64,000 nt of DNA from Candidatus Obscuribacterales bacterium (GCA_965228855.1 CBDDIJ010000003.1:3104001-3168000); one strand, 5' to 3'. Counted from the first letter of the stretch, positions 19,244 to 32,710 are shown. The notes: a model not told the origin generated them from the letters alone. A program made the numbers and translations.

Positions 19244-19326
19244 TCGAAAGCCTTCTACAAATCTATAAACCTGATTGCTAATATACACTGAAATTCGCCG
19301 ATCCTGCCCAACAGCCGCCCCCCCCC

Positions 19327-21036
19327 TTACCGACAGAGCGGTTCGAATCCAGCCAGACTTTCCAAAGCTGTTTGAACCTCAACAACGCTCTTGAATCGTT
19401 CACGCTCATCCAACTGCGTACATCGAGCCACGATCGCATCGAGTTCTTCACTCACATGCGATGCGACAGACTTCGGATGAGAAACCGATAGCGGCTCAGG
19501 GTCCAGACCTGTGAGCATGAAGTACAACGTCGCGCCCATGGCATAAATATCGCTAGCCGGCGTCGCCATCCCCCGCAGTTGCTCGGGTGGAACGTACGAC
19601 TGTTTCCCAACAATGGTTCCAGTCATCGTGTTCTCAGCTTGTTGAGCCACGTTGAAATCTACGAGTTTTAAAACGTCATCATCTCCAAGAATCAGATTGT
19701 CCGGCGCAAAGTCCCGATGCACCACGGACGGTTTCTGACCATGAAGATAGTTGAGCACATCGAGCATTTGACTCAAGAGGTTTAAAACGCGCGACTCGGT
19801 CAATGCACCACCAGCGGTGACAATTTGCTTGAGTGATTCACCATGCACCCGTTCCATGACAAGATATCCACGATGGTCTTCAACAAAACAATCGTTCAAC
19901 TTCACGACGCGCTCGTGATCGAGTTTCTTCAGCAAATCCGCTTCATCGAGGAATGAACGGAGCGCGGCTTTACGCGAATTCGAGTCAACATAGAGCGGCA
20001 AAACAAACTCTTTTACAACAAGAGAAAGTTTTTGTCCGGAGTCGGTAGAGTCCGTTTTAATCTTATCTCCAACTTCAGCTATGTAGGCTGTGCCCTGGCC
20101 GCCGACGCCGAGTTGCCCGGCAATCAAATACATTCCGTCGCGCAACTGCTTCCCTTCAGGAAGCGGTTCCAGAGATTCTCGCTTTGACGGGGCGGTCAGC
20201 GCCTGAAGCCACAACTCGGTGTAAGTGCTGGAAGCGGTTGCGGACAAAATTTCCACAACTTCCGGTGGCATCGTATTTGGTGGCGCGTAACGTTCCAAAA
20301 GCTCACCAAGCTTATGACGCGTTTCCAACCTGTCAACGTTCCTGAGATCAATGGTAAACCTGTTTTCATTGGCAGCATTAGCAGGCTCAATCATGCGGTA
20401 AAGCACACGAGGCTGAGAGTAGACAATATCGATTTTTCCGTCAGGCGACTCTGTGCCTCCTTCCCTGCGGAGGCGGATTCCAATTACCTCCGACCATGCG
20501 ACTAGAGGTCCAGCACGCTGCAAGCCGAAAAAGCCCCAGGTGAGGCTTAACCCGGCTTTGCTGAAGCAAAGGCTGGAAGGCGACTTCATCAACTGAAATA
20601 GCAACAGTGCGAACGCACAAATGGAAAGAATACCCACGACCATAAATACAGAATTCGAATTTGAGAAGCTGGTCGCAGTCCAAAGAAAATCGATACAACC
20701 TCTCATTGCATTGTCGAGAGGCGAGTTATTCGCCATAAACGTCACATATTCATTGGCTCTTTTTCCAAAGTCGCTTTCCAGAAACTTTTGCGAAAACTGC
20801 CCTATCATGGGAATTTGCGATAGTAAAAAGAGCGGCAGCCGCACGCAAACATTGAGAATTATCCCTGACGAGAAAAACACAATCAGCGAAACAGAAACAA
20901 TCCAGATCCAGAAGAACTTGCGTTGTCGGAGAGCAAACCGTGATACTACCCACGACACCATACGCTTGCGCGAGTGATTTGGAACGACCAGCTCATCGTT
21001 CTCACCATCTTCTCTCAACTGCAATTCATTTTCCAC
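19327..21036 (-). CDS. Membrane-anchored Ser/Thr protein kinase with C-terminal kinase domain
   Basis: Two TMs; GVGGQG, VVKE, HRDFAPDN, DFN, PPEQ, SDIYAMG. Confidence 0.9.
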   Translation of the reverse strand: MENELQLREDGENDELVVPNHSRKRMVSWVVSRFALRQRKFFWIWIVSVSLIVFFSSGIILNVCVRLPLFLLSQIPMIGQFSQKFLESDFGKRANEYVTFMANNSPLDNAMRGCIDFLWTATSFSNSNSVFMVVGILSICAFALLLFQLMKSPSSLCFSKAGLSLTWGFFGLQRAGPLVAWSEVIGIRLRREGGTESPDGKIDIVYSQPRVLYRMIEPANAANENRFTIDLRNVDRLETRHKLGELLERYAPPNTMPPEVVEILSATASSTYTELWLQALTAPSKRESLEPLPEGKQLRDGMYLIAGQLGVGGQGTAYIAEVGDKIKTDSTDSGQKLSLVVKEFVLPLYVDSNSRKAALRSFLDEADLLKKLDHERVVKLNDCFVEDHRGYLVMERVHGESLKQIVTAGGALTESRVLNLLSQMLDVLNYLHGQKPSVVHRDFAPDNLILGDDDVLKLVDFNVAQQAENTMTGTIVGKQSYVPPEQLRGMATPASDIYAMGATLYFMLTGLDPEPLSVSHPKSVASHVSEELDAIVARCTQLDERERFKSVVEVQTALESLAGFEPLCR

Positions 21037-21040
21037 GAGT

Positions 21041-22534
21041 CTATTTGCTCACTCCAGCCGCTTGAGTGCGAGCGCTCGAAATCCGCTGAAGACGAGATAG
21101 AAGGTCTTCTGCACTTGTCGGTCGTCCGTCGATTTCCTGAGCGGTACAATCGCTGACCAGTTTATCCAGCGACTCTGAAACGTTTGCATTAATCGACGCC
21201 GGTTTCATAACGCTCATCGCCAGAGGATTCTTTCCGGTTAACAGGAAATATAACGTTCCACCGAAAGAATAGATATCGCTGGATGGCTTCGCCTTGCCGC
21301 GAAACTGCTCCGGCGAGATGAACGCCTGCTTACCGACTACAGTTCCTGTGACTGTTCCTAAAAACTGGTTGGCGGCGCCAAAGTCTATGAGATGAATTTT
21401 GCCATCATCAGCCAGAATCAAATTCTCGGGAGTCAAATCGCGGTGCACTATCGGCGGTTGTTGATGGTGAAGAAACACCAGAATCTCGGCAATCTCCTCT
21501 GCCCATTTCAAAACGATTTCCTCAGTTTGAGGACCTTCAGAATTTACTACCTGGCGGAGGTTTCGCCCAGTGATTCGTTCAAGCAAAAGATAGTGCCGGT
21601 CTTGCTCGACGAAGTAGTCGTAAACGCGAGCAATGCGCGGATGCTCGAGCAGTGAAAGAAATCGCGCTTCTCTCTCAAACATCTCCAGAGCCTTCGCCTT
21701 CATCGACTCATCCTGATTTGCCGGCACCACGGCTTCTTTCAGAATAAGCAGTTCACGTCCACCGCGTTGAACGAGATATACAGCAGCCAGTCCTCCAAAA
21801 GCCAGCTGCCGAACCACTTTCAGCTTGCCATTTTGCAAAGTCGAATCCGGCTCAAGGGGTATAAACACCGTAGCGTGAAAGCGATTTGTCAATTCGCTCT
21901 CCCACACTTCAGTGTAACTGAGCTTGCCCGTCTCACGACTGGCATTGCCAACCCAGTCCCTGAGCTCCACTATGTTCATCGCTACCGCGTCCCTTTTTGC
22001 AAAGACTTCGCAGGCAAGCAAAAACTTTTCCAATTCTCCTTTTTCAAAACCTTTTACGCCAACGTCGACAAAGCCACTCATATCCAGGTTTACGCGCTCT
22101 CCCGATGCAAACTCTAAAACGATATCGCCGTACAATTCATCAGACTTTTCATCGTACTTTTTCAATTCGATTCGCTCGACTTCAGACCACAGTCGACGTC
22201 GCCGAAAGCGCAGATAGGGACTCATGAAAAGTGGGAAGGTTATGCCGTCTTTCGAGATCCATATTTGATCGTCGGCCGCGACACCGGTAATCCACAAGAG
22301 AAATACCATGGCTGAAACAGCCATCGCCAGCGCAGCCGCAATGTACAAAACGCCGTCCAAAACCGGCGCTCCGATGGCTAGCTCGAAAAAAAGAAAAAGT
22401 GTATACACGCTCAATCCAAAAACGGTAAGCCCCAGAGGCACCGTCAGCAGTGGCACAACGCCGGACCACGCGGCAAAGCCGATCTTAAGTACCGGCGGCT
22501 TATATCGCACAATTCGGGCTAGTTCATCAGACAT
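21041..22534 (-). CDS. Membrane-anchored Ser/Thr protein kinase with C-terminal kinase domain
   Basis: N-terminal TMs; FGGLAAVY, LKE, HRDLTPEN, DFG, SPEQ; paralogous to the neighbouring kinase. Confidence 0.92.
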   Translation of the reverse strand: MSDELARIVRYKPPVLKIGFAAWSGVVPLLTVPLGLTVFGLSVYTLFLFFELAIGAPVLDGVLYIAAALAMAVSAMVFLLWITGVAADDQIWISKDGITFPLFMSPYLRFRRRRLWSEVERIELKKYDEKSDELYGDIVLEFASGERVNLDMSGFVDVGVKGFEKGELEKFLLACEVFAKRDAVAMNIVELRDWVGNASRETGKLSYTEVWESELTNRFHATVFIPLEPDSTLQNGKLKVVRQLAFGGLAAVYLVQRGGRELLILKEAVVPANQDESMKAKALEMFEREARFLSLLEHPRIARVYDYFVEQDRHYLLLERITGRNLRQVVNSEGPQTEEIVLKWAEEIAEILVFLHHQQPPIVHRDLTPENLILADDGKIHLIDFGAANQFLGTVTGTVVGKQAFISPEQFRGKAKPSSDIYSFGGTLYFLLTGKNPLAMSVMKPASINANVSESLDKLVSDCTAQEIDGRPTSAEDLLSRLQRISSARTQAAGVSK

Positions 22535-22553
22535 GGCGTTATCGCACCGCTAA

Positions 22554-23966
22554 CTAGTCCTGCCAGAGCAAGTCGGTATCATCCTCATCGTCGCTGGACA
22601 TCTTTTTCTGCAGCGACGCGTAGCGAGCCATAAGTGATGCCACTTCCGGATGTTCGGACCCAAGAGCCTTCTCACTCAAGCCCAAGCCCCAGCGGTATAA
22701 GCGATCGGCTTCCTCGAAGTTCTGCTGATCCTCGTACAGCTCAGCCAAACTTTGAAGCGACTTTGCCACACTCGGGTGCTCAGGTCCAAGATTCTCCTGC
22801 ACTATAGATAGTGCGCGCCAGTAATGCTGCTCCGCTTCGTTGTACTTTTGTTGATCGCGGTAAACCTCGGCAAGTGAGTTGAGAACCTCAGCAACGTGCA
22901 TGTGTTTCGGACCCCAATCTTTGGTTCGAATTTCAAGCAACGTTTTATACAACGGTTCAGCTTGATCGTATCGACACTGGATGTGGAACAACAAAGCCAA
23001 ATTTCCCAGAGTTTGTGCGGTACTTGGATGCTCCAGCCCGAGAACTGTTTGACGAATTTTAAGAGCACGCCAGTGAATTTTTTCTGCTTTTGCAAAATCG
23101 CCCATCATGCGATAGAGCTCGGCTTGATAGTTCAAAAGTGTCGCAACACTCGGATGATCTGCGCCCCACTCCTCTTCACACAGCTTCAATGCTCGAATGT
23201 AAAGCGGCTCGGCCTTTGCATGATCGCCGTCGGCATGATGCAGCAAGGCGAGATTCTGCAATAAGGGACCGATGCTTGGATCGTCGGGACCGACCACCAA
23301 CTCCCTGACCGAAATCGACTTTCGGAAAAGCGGCTCGGCTTGATCGAATTTGCCGTGCGCGCGATAGAAATCAGCCAGGTTTTCCAGAGTCATTCCGAGG
23401 GCAAGCTTGTCGCAGTCCTCATGCGCTTCGTAGATGGTCAACGCCCTTCTGAAATAAGGCTCAACCTCCGAAAATTTTCCTTGCGAGCGAAATACTTTGC
23501 CCAGCTTATCGAGAACAGGTGCCAGTTGCAGGTCGTTTACACCAAAACAGGTTTCCTTTACCGATAACGCCAGCTTATACGCCTCTTCAGCCTTGCGGTA
23601 CGCGGCCTGCACCCAGTAAAGATCGCCAAGTTTCACATAAATCTCTCCGAAGCTTGGATGCTCGGACAAATCTACAATCGTTGAATCCGATAGCTTCTGG
23701 CTCGGATGTTCACCGCTTTCGCTGTCGTCGGCAATCAGCATTTGCGAGTCGGCAAGGTCATGCAAAGTTCCCTCTGCAAATTCTTTGCGAGCCTCTATCA
23801 AAGCCTTCTGGTAGAGCTTTTCGGCATCCTCGTAACGCCCGAGCTCGAAAGCTCGGTTGCCTGCCTCAAGATAATTTTTCCAAGTAACGCTGTCGGTGGC
23901 TTGTTCCATAGACATACGAGAATACACCCTTGACCTCTGTGCGGAGCGGACCTGGGACTCACACAA
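22554..23966 (-). CDS. Kinesin-light-chain-type TPR protein
   Basis: 42-aa repeats of the form GPEHPSVAxxLxxLAxLYxxQxxYxEAE; the start is probably a later Met. Confidence 0.9.
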   Translation of the reverse strand: MCESQVRSAQRSRVYSRMSMEQATDSVTWKNYLEAGNRAFELGRYEDAEKLYQKALIEARKEFAEGTLHDLADSQMLIADDSESGEHPSQKLSDSTIVDLSEHPSFGEIYVKLGDLYWVQAAYRKAEEAYKLALSVKETCFGVNDLQLAPVLDKLGKVFRSQGKFSEVEPYFRRALTIYEAHEDCDKLALGMTLENLADFYRAHGKFDQAEPLFRKSISVRELVVGPDDPSIGPLLQNLALLHHADGDHAKAEPLYIRALKLCEEEWGADHPSVATLLNYQAELYRMMGDFAKAEKIHWRALKIRQTVLGLEHPSTAQTLGNLALLFHIQCRYDQAEPLYKTLLEIRTKDWGPKHMHVAEVLNSLAEVYRDQQKYNEAEQHYWRALSIVQENLGPEHPSVAKSLQSLAELYEDQQNFEEADRLYRWGLGLSEKALGSEHPEVASLMARYASLQKKMSSDDEDDTDLLWQD

Positions 23967-24077
23967 TGGATAGTTATCTAATTCCCTTTATATGCGAACT
24001 TTCCACGGGGCGGCAAACAGTTACTTAACTGACCGTGACTGCCGCAGCTCGGCAAGGACGCAGGATAAGCTGTTTTC

Positions 24078-25097
24078 ATGACTTGCTACCGCTTCAAAGC
24101 ACTTGACGAGGGTTTCCGCATGTTGTTCAAGAGCAAAGTTAAACCGAGCGGCGAAAGAAAGCGCCCGACAGTCAGGTCGGTCGGAATTGAGCTTGTGAAA
24201 CTCAGCCTTCTCGCCGCAATCATCAGCCCCGCCAATTTTTTCCTGACAAATCTGTTGCTGTTTCATCCCGAGAAGGATACCCAGGCGAATCCGCAAGAGT
24301 TAAGCGCCATTAAGAGCAGGTACAACACTAATTGGACGGACGAAACCTTCAAAGCCCAGGATGGAACCAAGCTTCATGGCTGGTACGTTCTAGTTCCCAA
24401 CGCGAAGAAAACCTTTCTCGTCTCTCATGGCAATGCCGGGAATCTTGCGTACAGACTGAAAATCATCAACGCAATCGCCGCAAGCGGCAATTCAGTGTTT
24501 GCCTACGATTATCGTGGTTATGGCAAGAGCGAGGGAGAACCGACTTGCGAAGGCATTGCGGAGGACGGTCTCGGCGCTTACGATTTCCTGGTCAAAGACA
24601 AATCGGTCAAGCCGGAAGACATAGTTTTATACGGCGAATCACTCGGTTGCGCGGTATCCACAATAGTCAGTCAAAATCGCCCAGTTAGCGGTATTGTTTT
24701 GCAATCAGGCTTCAGCACAATTCTGGAAGCAGCCCGTGACCGCCTTCCCTGGTTCAAACTCTATCCGGACGAAACCTTTCCGCAGCGCTTTCTCGATAAC
24801 GTCACCGCTTATAAACAGAAACACCCTCCACTGCTGATCGTTCACGGCATGAAAGATTGGATCCTGCCGTCCAGGTATTCGCAGGAAATCTTTGACGAAG
24901 CCATCGAACCCAAGAAGTTGGTTCTTCTTCCCAACGCATCGCACAATAATGTATTCGAAGCCGACGGCGAAATCGTTGATGGAGCGCTAAGGGACTTCGT
25001 CAATTCTTTGATATCGCAGACAGTGGCTCATAACAAAGCCCTGGAACAACAAATTCCCGCGGTTTGCGCGACCGGAATCGCCACTCCAGGCAAGTGA
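24078..25097 (+). CDS. Alpha/beta hydrolase (ABHD12/13-like)
   Basis: HGNAGN, DYRGYGKSEG, GESLG, HGMKD, SHNN; start uncertain. Confidence 0.9.
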   Translation: MTCYRFKALDEGFRMLFKSKVKPSGERKRPTVRSVGIELVKLSLLAAIISPANFFLTNLLLFHPEKDTQANPQELSAIKSRYNTNWTDETFKAQDGTKLHGWYVLVPNAKKTFLVSHGNAGNLAYRLKIINAIAASGNSVFAYDYRGYGKSEGEPTCEGIAEDGLGAYDFLVKDKSVKPEDIVLYGESLGCAVSTIVSQNRPVSGIVLQSGFSTILEAARDRLPWFKLYPDETFPQRFLDNVTAYKQKHPPLLIVHGMKDWILPSRYSQEIFDEAIEPKKLVLLPNASHNNVFEADGEIVDGALRDFVNSLISQTVAHNKALEQQIPAVCATGIATPGK

Positions 25098-25185
25098 TTA
25101 GCTTACCCGAGGCAATAATTAAGATTTGAACTCCTGGTAATGAGCCCCCGGAAGCCCGTGCTATGCTTGTCAAAAGGAGGCAGGG

Positions 25186-25371
25186 ATGGGCGAACTGGAA
25201 AAGACAGCTACCGAAAAGCCACATGTGAAGCATGACTGGACTTTCTTCTTTTTCATTGCCATCACGTCGCTTCTGATCGCTGCCGCGATCGCATGGGTTT
25301 CAGTGAAATCCGGAATGGTCAGCGCTGAAAATGACATAGATACAACGGTCGTCAATTCACCGGTGCGTTAG
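25186..25371 (+). CDS. Small single-TM protein
   Basis: AGGAGG RBS and a hydrophobic segment. Confidence 0.6.
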   Translation: MGELEKTATEKPHVKHDWTFFFFIAITSLLIAAAIAWVSVKSGMVSAENDIDTTVVNSPVR

Positions 25372-25411
25372 TCATAAGACCAAAGAATTTTTGCCACCGT
25401 ATTCGGTGCGA

Positions 25412-26257
25412 TTAAACTTCGACGAATTCAGGATGAACGGGCTCATCATAAAGCCCTCGTTCATTAGCCATCTCGAAAAGCTTATTAATCGCGGCGCGAC
25501 CATTAACACCGTGATCTACAGACAGTTTATTGACATACATGTGGACAAATTTGTCAGCGAGATCGGTCGGCAAATCGCGTGAGAAGGTCAAGGCATACTC
25601 GAGTGCCTGTTCTCGATTCTCCAACGCATACTCGATAGCGCGGCGAATCAATACAGTCACCTCTTCAATCATTTCCTTACCGAGATCCTTACGAATCACA
25701 TTTCCGCCCAGCGGAAGCGGTAGTCCGGTTTGTTCGTGCCACCACTCACCAAGATTGACGATTTTTTTCAAACCTTCCGCCTGATACGTCAACTGTCCTT
25801 CGTGAATCAGAAGCCCAGCATCATAATTGCCTGCTTGCACTTCCTCGATGATCTGGTTGAACGGGACTTCGAATACATTCAAACCGGGCTGGTACAAACG
25901 CAACGTCAAATAGGCGGTCGTCATCTCTCCAGGAATTGCGATACGGGCTTTCAGAAGCTCTTCCCTGGTCAGTTCTTTCGGCGCGACCAGCACCGGTCCA
26001 TAATTCTCGCCCATGCTCGCGCCGCACGGCATAAGCATGTATTTGTCTTTCACATGCGGGTACGCGGCAAACGAAATCGCGGTGACTTCGTAACGACCGG
26101 TCATTGCCTCTTTATTGAGTGATTGAATGTCGTTGAATGCCTGATTGACCTTCAGTCCATTGGTGTCCAACAGACCTTTTGCCAGCGCGTAGAACATGAA
26201 CGCGTCGTCGGAATCAGGACTGTGAGCGACTGTAATCTCTCTAGCTTGGACAACCAT
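25412..26257 (-). CDS. mqnD: 1,4-dihydroxy-6-naphthoate synthase (futalosine pathway)
   Basis: HSPDSDDAFMFY, PGEMTTA, LIHEGQLTY, TGLPLPLG, MYVN motifs. Confidence 0.9.
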   Translation of the reverse strand: MVVQAREITVAHSPDSDDAFMFYALAKGLLDTNGLKVNQAFNDIQSLNKEAMTGRYEVTAISFAAYPHVKDKYMLMPCGASMGENYGPVLVAPKELTREELLKARIAIPGEMTTAYLTLRLYQPGLNVFEVPFNQIIEEVQAGNYDAGLLIHEGQLTYQAEGLKKIVNLGEWWHEQTGLPLPLGGNVIRKDLGKEMIEEVTVLIRRAIEYALENREQALEYALTFSRDLPTDLADKFVHMYVNKLSVDHGVNGRAAINKLFEMANERGLYDEPVHPEFVEV

Positions 26258-26450
26258 TAGAAATTCCTCGGGTCGGGACCGCGATTGGTGATTTGTCGCA
26301 TAAGTTTATTAGATCCAGGGTCAAAACTGCCTGTAAATCAATAAAGTGTGAATATTCGTTCTTATACTGCGAACCCGGACGCAGCGGTTTAAACCTTGTG
26401 CAACACTCAAGGAAACCGGCTTCGGAGCAATTTCCAGGCGTTTCGGAGCA

Positions 26451-28982
<2,532 letters not shown>

Positions 28983-28991
28983 TTAGTAAAT

Positions 28992-30248
28992 TCACTCGTT
29001 CAAAAGATTATCGTGCAATTCGCCCCCGACACGGAGACTGGCTTGCAATGCCATTATAGGCTCGACGAGAACAGGACGCAAAACGGTTTCCGGCTCATAG
29101 ACAATTTTGCAGAGAATATCGTATACCGCAGGATCCAGCTGCTTAAGATATTCACGACTGGGTTTGACGCTAAACGCTGCGACGCACTCAGCCCAGTACT
29201 CATGGTGCGTCGAGCGTGCATAACCGGAGATAAAAATCCGTTTGTCTATATGATGCTGAGGAACGAGCTCGGCAGCGCCAGGGTATTCTTCCGGCAGCGG
29301 ATGCAACTTGTCGCAACGCTTCTTCTGCTCGCGATACAGGTCTTTAATGCGCTCCTGAGTAGCTTGAGACAGTACAAATTCGAGCTGATGCCCGAATTCA
29401 TGTGCGACTACCAGATTTACACGAACTTCGAGCATTTCTTTGATGCGAGTGTAAACGGCGGCAAACACACCATGCTTGTAGTAGTAGTCAATGTCGCGGT
29501 CAAATTCTTCTTTGTCCAGAGTGACGTTGCCTGTGCGCACGCCTGTCTGTCCGGCGGCTCCGTGTTTCACATTGCCCAGCGCACAGTTGCCCTCGGTTGT
29601 GCGCACTACCTGAAGTAGACCACTGGAGGCCCATAGCTTTAAATTCTCGAACAGATACTTCTTTTGCGTCCCGTTCAATCCATCGAAATCCATGAAGTAG
29701 CGAATCATCTCCGCTTCTCCATAAGGTCTGTCCTTACGAAAGAGCGGTCGGTGCCACTCATGTTTCATCGAATCGCCGCTACTCTTTTTGCCTTCGATGA
29801 TCGTGCCCAATTGATTGGACTCGTCCAGCTTGCGCTTCGGCACGCGATTGCGATGATCGCGCAGAAAGATAGTGCCATCATCGTCTATCTCGCCGACCAG
29901 TCCGTGATCCGGCGCCGCAATCCGGCCATTAACGACGTGATAAAGCACACCGTTGAATTTCATAGAACCTGACGGACCGCCTTCACCCGCCGGCAGTACC
30001 AATTCCAGCCCCTGCGAGTCTATTCCGCGAAACACGCATCCTGGAAGTGTTTCAATAGGACGAAGCTTTGAATGAGCGCCGAGGACGCCGCTGGTGTTTT
30101 GCAGGTAACCGTCGTCGTACAGCACTCCTACCGGATTGCCGTCATGGTATATGCGACCGAAGTCGACAACGAGCATCTGTCCGTCCATCTCCAGAAACCC
30201 GCTTGGACCCCGTATTGCGCTTTTCTCAGCGGAAGGTTTTGCCGACAT
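28992..30248 (-). CDS. Zincin metallopeptidase, anthrax lethal factor/PPEP (ATLF)-like, with beta-rich N-terminal repeats
   Basis: HEFGH plus SGYARSTHHEYWAE and LKQLDPAVYDIL. Confidence 0.75.
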   Translation of the reverse strand: MSAKPSAEKSAIRGPSGFLEMDGQMLVVDFGRIYHDGNPVGVLYDDGYLQNTSGVLGAHSKLRPIETLPGCVFRGIDSQGLELVLPAGEGGPSGSMKFNGVLYHVVNGRIAAPDHGLVGEIDDDGTIFLRDHRNRVPKRKLDESNQLGTIIEGKKSSGDSMKHEWHRPLFRKDRPYGEAEMIRYFMDFDGLNGTQKKYLFENLKLWASSGLLQVVRTTEGNCALGNVKHGAAGQTGVRTGNVTLDKEEFDRDIDYYYKHGVFAAVYTRIKEMLEVRVNLVVAHEFGHQLEFVLSQATQERIKDLYREQKKRCDKLHPLPEEYPGAAELVPQHHIDKRIFISGYARSTHHEYWAECVAAFSVKPSREYLKQLDPAVYDILCKIVYEPETVLRPVLVEPIMALQASLRVGGELHDNLLNE

Positions 30249-30415
30249 TAGCTCTGACAGAGACCTTGAACCTCAAAATTACCTCTCTAATTGCATTCTA
30301 GAACGAAAGTGATACGGATATGTACCCTTTCTGCAATTATCATGCGCTTTTTGGGGATGAAACCGATTATCTGGGTTTCCCAACCGCGCCCATCAGTTTT
30401 TAGACTGTAAACGGT

Positions 30416-31066
30416 CTAAACAGCCGCTTTAGCAGACTTCCAGTCGGCGAGGAATTTCTCGAGCCCGGCATCCGTCAGCGGATGGGAGACAAGCTGTTTA
30501 AAGACTTTGAACGGCATCGTGCAAGCGTCGGCGCCGCCCAGAGCCGCTTGTTGAACGTGCATCGGCGTGCGGATGCTGGCTGCCAGAACCTGAGTGTCGA
30601 GAGCCTGGATGTGATACATCTCGGCGATTTGCGAGACCAGGTCGGAGCCATCCTGGTTGATGTCATCAAGTCGTCCGACGAACGGGCTGACGAAGTATGC
30701 ACCCGCACGAGCGGCGAGAAGAGCCTGATTGACCGAGAAGCAAAGTGTGACGTTGACCTTGATTCCGTCCTTGCTCATTTGTTTGCAAGCGCCCAATCCA
30801 GCAGGCGTCAGCGGGACTTTGACGACGACATTTTCCGCCCAGGTTGCAATGTCGCGACCTTCCTTCAGCATGCCTTCGAGATCCTCGGAGACGCACTCCG
30901 CACTGACTGGACCGCTCACGATCTTGCAGATCTCCTGGACAAGTTTCTTAAAATCCCGTTTTTCCTTCACCACGAGCGATGGATTGGTGGTGATACCGTC
31001 AAGAACGCCCCAGGCTGCGATTTCCTGAATCTCATCCAGGTTGGCCGTATCCAAAAATAGCTGCAC
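30416..31066 (-). CDS. tal: Transaldolase (small TalC/FSA family)
   Basis: [32 protein letters not shown]; Glu and Phe at the positions typical of transaldolase rather than FSA. Confidence 0.93.
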   Translation of the reverse strand: MQLFLDTANLDEIQEIAAWGVLDGITTNPSLVVKEKRDFKKLVQEICKIVSGPVSAECVSEDLEGMLKEGRDIATWAENVVVKVPLTPAGLGACKQMSKDGIKVNVTLCFSVNQALLAARAGAYFVSPFVGRLDDINQDGSDLVSQIAEMYHIQALDTQVLAASIRTPMHVQQAALGGADACTMPFKVFKQLVSHPLTDAGLEKFLADWKSAKAAV

Positions 31067-31186
31067 AATAAACCTTCCTTTTGCAAAGCGCGTGTTAAAT
31101 GCAAATCAAAACTCTACGATTCAAAAGTATAGCGAAGTGCTATGGGTAAGATGAACATGCAAGGTTGTAATTAGAAGGTAGTCTTA

Positions 31187-32710
31187 GTGACGAGTGCCCG
31201 AAATAACAGCGTGAACTCTTTTCAAGTTCTCTGCGCCGCAGTGCTGGGCATCGGCATAGGTATCGGCGTCACATGGCATCTCGACCACCAGGGTATCCGA
31301 AGCAGAGTTGCGCCCGCAGTTAAGGCTCAGCTAAAGAAGCTTTCACCTCAAAATCTTTCCAGGGTTGCTCAGTCGGTCAGCCCATTTCCGCGAATGGAAG
31401 GACGCACCAATGTTTTGCTCATGGGCGTCGACTCCAATGGTCGAAAGGCCAAGCGCTTCCTTAATACGCGCTCCGACACCATGATTCTTGCGAGCCTCGA
31501 CCCGGAAACTCACAAAGTAGGTCTGATCTCAATTCCGCGCGACAGTCGTGTTCGCATCGCCGATCACAAAGGTCTCGACAAAATCAACTCGGCGCATGCT
31601 CTGGGCGGGCCAGAACTGGCGAAGAAAACAGTTGAGCAGTTGCTCGGCATAACAGTAGACCACTATGTTGTCATTGACACCCAGGGTCTGAAGAGCGTTT
31701 GTGAAATCATCGGACCGATTGAAGTAAAAGTCGAGAAACGAATGCGATACCGCGATCGCGCATCGGGTCTCAACATTGATCTGGAACCAGGTCTGCAAAA
31801 GTTGTCAGCCGCACAAGTCGAAGAATACGTCCGCTTCCGCCACGATCAGAAAGGCGACCTCGGTCGGATCGATCGTCAGCAGTGGTTTTTGCGCCAGGCT
31901 TCGCATAAATTCAAAGAGCCGTCAGTGGTCTTGAAATTGCCTGACATCATTAAGTTCGCGAACGAATACATCGTGACAGATTTGAGCATCAACGACATGG
32001 CTACTTTGTTCGGTTTCGCGAAAGATTTGAAAGAGAGCCAGATCGAAACGGCGATGCTTCCCGGAGAAGCTCGCATGATCAAGGGCGGCAGCTACTATGT
32101 GCCTGATCCCGAAGGTGTGGCAATGGTACTGCAAAGACTGGCCGGCGCATCTCCGTCGGTTTCCGCCATTGCATCGGCAATGTCGTCTGAAAAAGATGTA
32201 CTCGAGGCAAGCGAAGCAGAAGAGTACGAAAATTATGACCTCGCATCCGATGATGCTCAAGCCGGTCCAAGCAACGACACATTGCAAGCGGCCTGGGCAA
32301 ATTCCTGCGCCGATGAGCGTCCTATGCGTTTTGTAATCCGCTATCCGATGGGTGCGGAGCAGGCCGCGAAAGACTTTGCCGAATCGCTCACAGAGGCAGG
32401 CTACACTGTTATCTCGAGAGTGCGCTGCAAGGCTGCCGATTGCGCACACGAACAAATTGTTTTGAACAGCTTGCGAGCTGATGCGAAGCTCACCGCGGCG
32501 CTGAAGTCAAGATTCCCTGAACTCGCAGAGTTTGCAGTGGTAGTCAATCCGTTGACAAAAACACGCATTGATGCGACCATTCAAATCTCACCAGATACGA
32601 TACCATTGATGCCGCATGAAACGGCTGGTCAGTTTGACTACGACGGTTCAGACATTAACGGTGAAGTGAAAGCGAGCAGAGTTTCGCGCTCGAAAGACAT
32701 CAGCGGTTAA
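31187..32710 (+). CDS. LCP (LytR-CpsA-Psr) family protein
   Basis: LLMGVD, RSDTMIL, SIPRDS, KINSAH, RFRHD..GDLGRIDRQQ. Confidence 0.93.
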   Translation: MTSARNNSVNSFQVLCAAVLGIGIGIGVTWHLDHQGIRSRVAPAVKAQLKKLSPQNLSRVAQSVSPFPRMEGRTNVLLMGVDSNGRKAKRFLNTRSDTMILASLDPETHKVGLISIPRDSRVRIADHKGLDKINSAHALGGPELAKKTVEQLLGITVDHYVVIDTQGLKSVCEIIGPIEVKVEKRMRYRDRASGLNIDLEPGLQKLSAAQVEEYVRFRHDQKGDLGRIDRQQWFLRQASHKFKEPSVVLKLPDIIKFANEYIVTDLSINDMATLFGFAKDLKESQIETAMLPGEARMIKGGSYYVPDPEGVAMVLQRLAGASPSVSAIASAMSSEKDVLEASEAEEYENYDLASDDAQAGPSNDTLQAAWANSCADERPMRFVIRYPMGAEQAAKDFAESLTEAGYTVISRVRCKAADCAHEQIVLNSLRADAKLTAALKSRFPELAEFAVVVNPLTKTRIDATIQISPDTIPLMPHETAGQFDYDGSDINGEVKASRVSRSKDISG

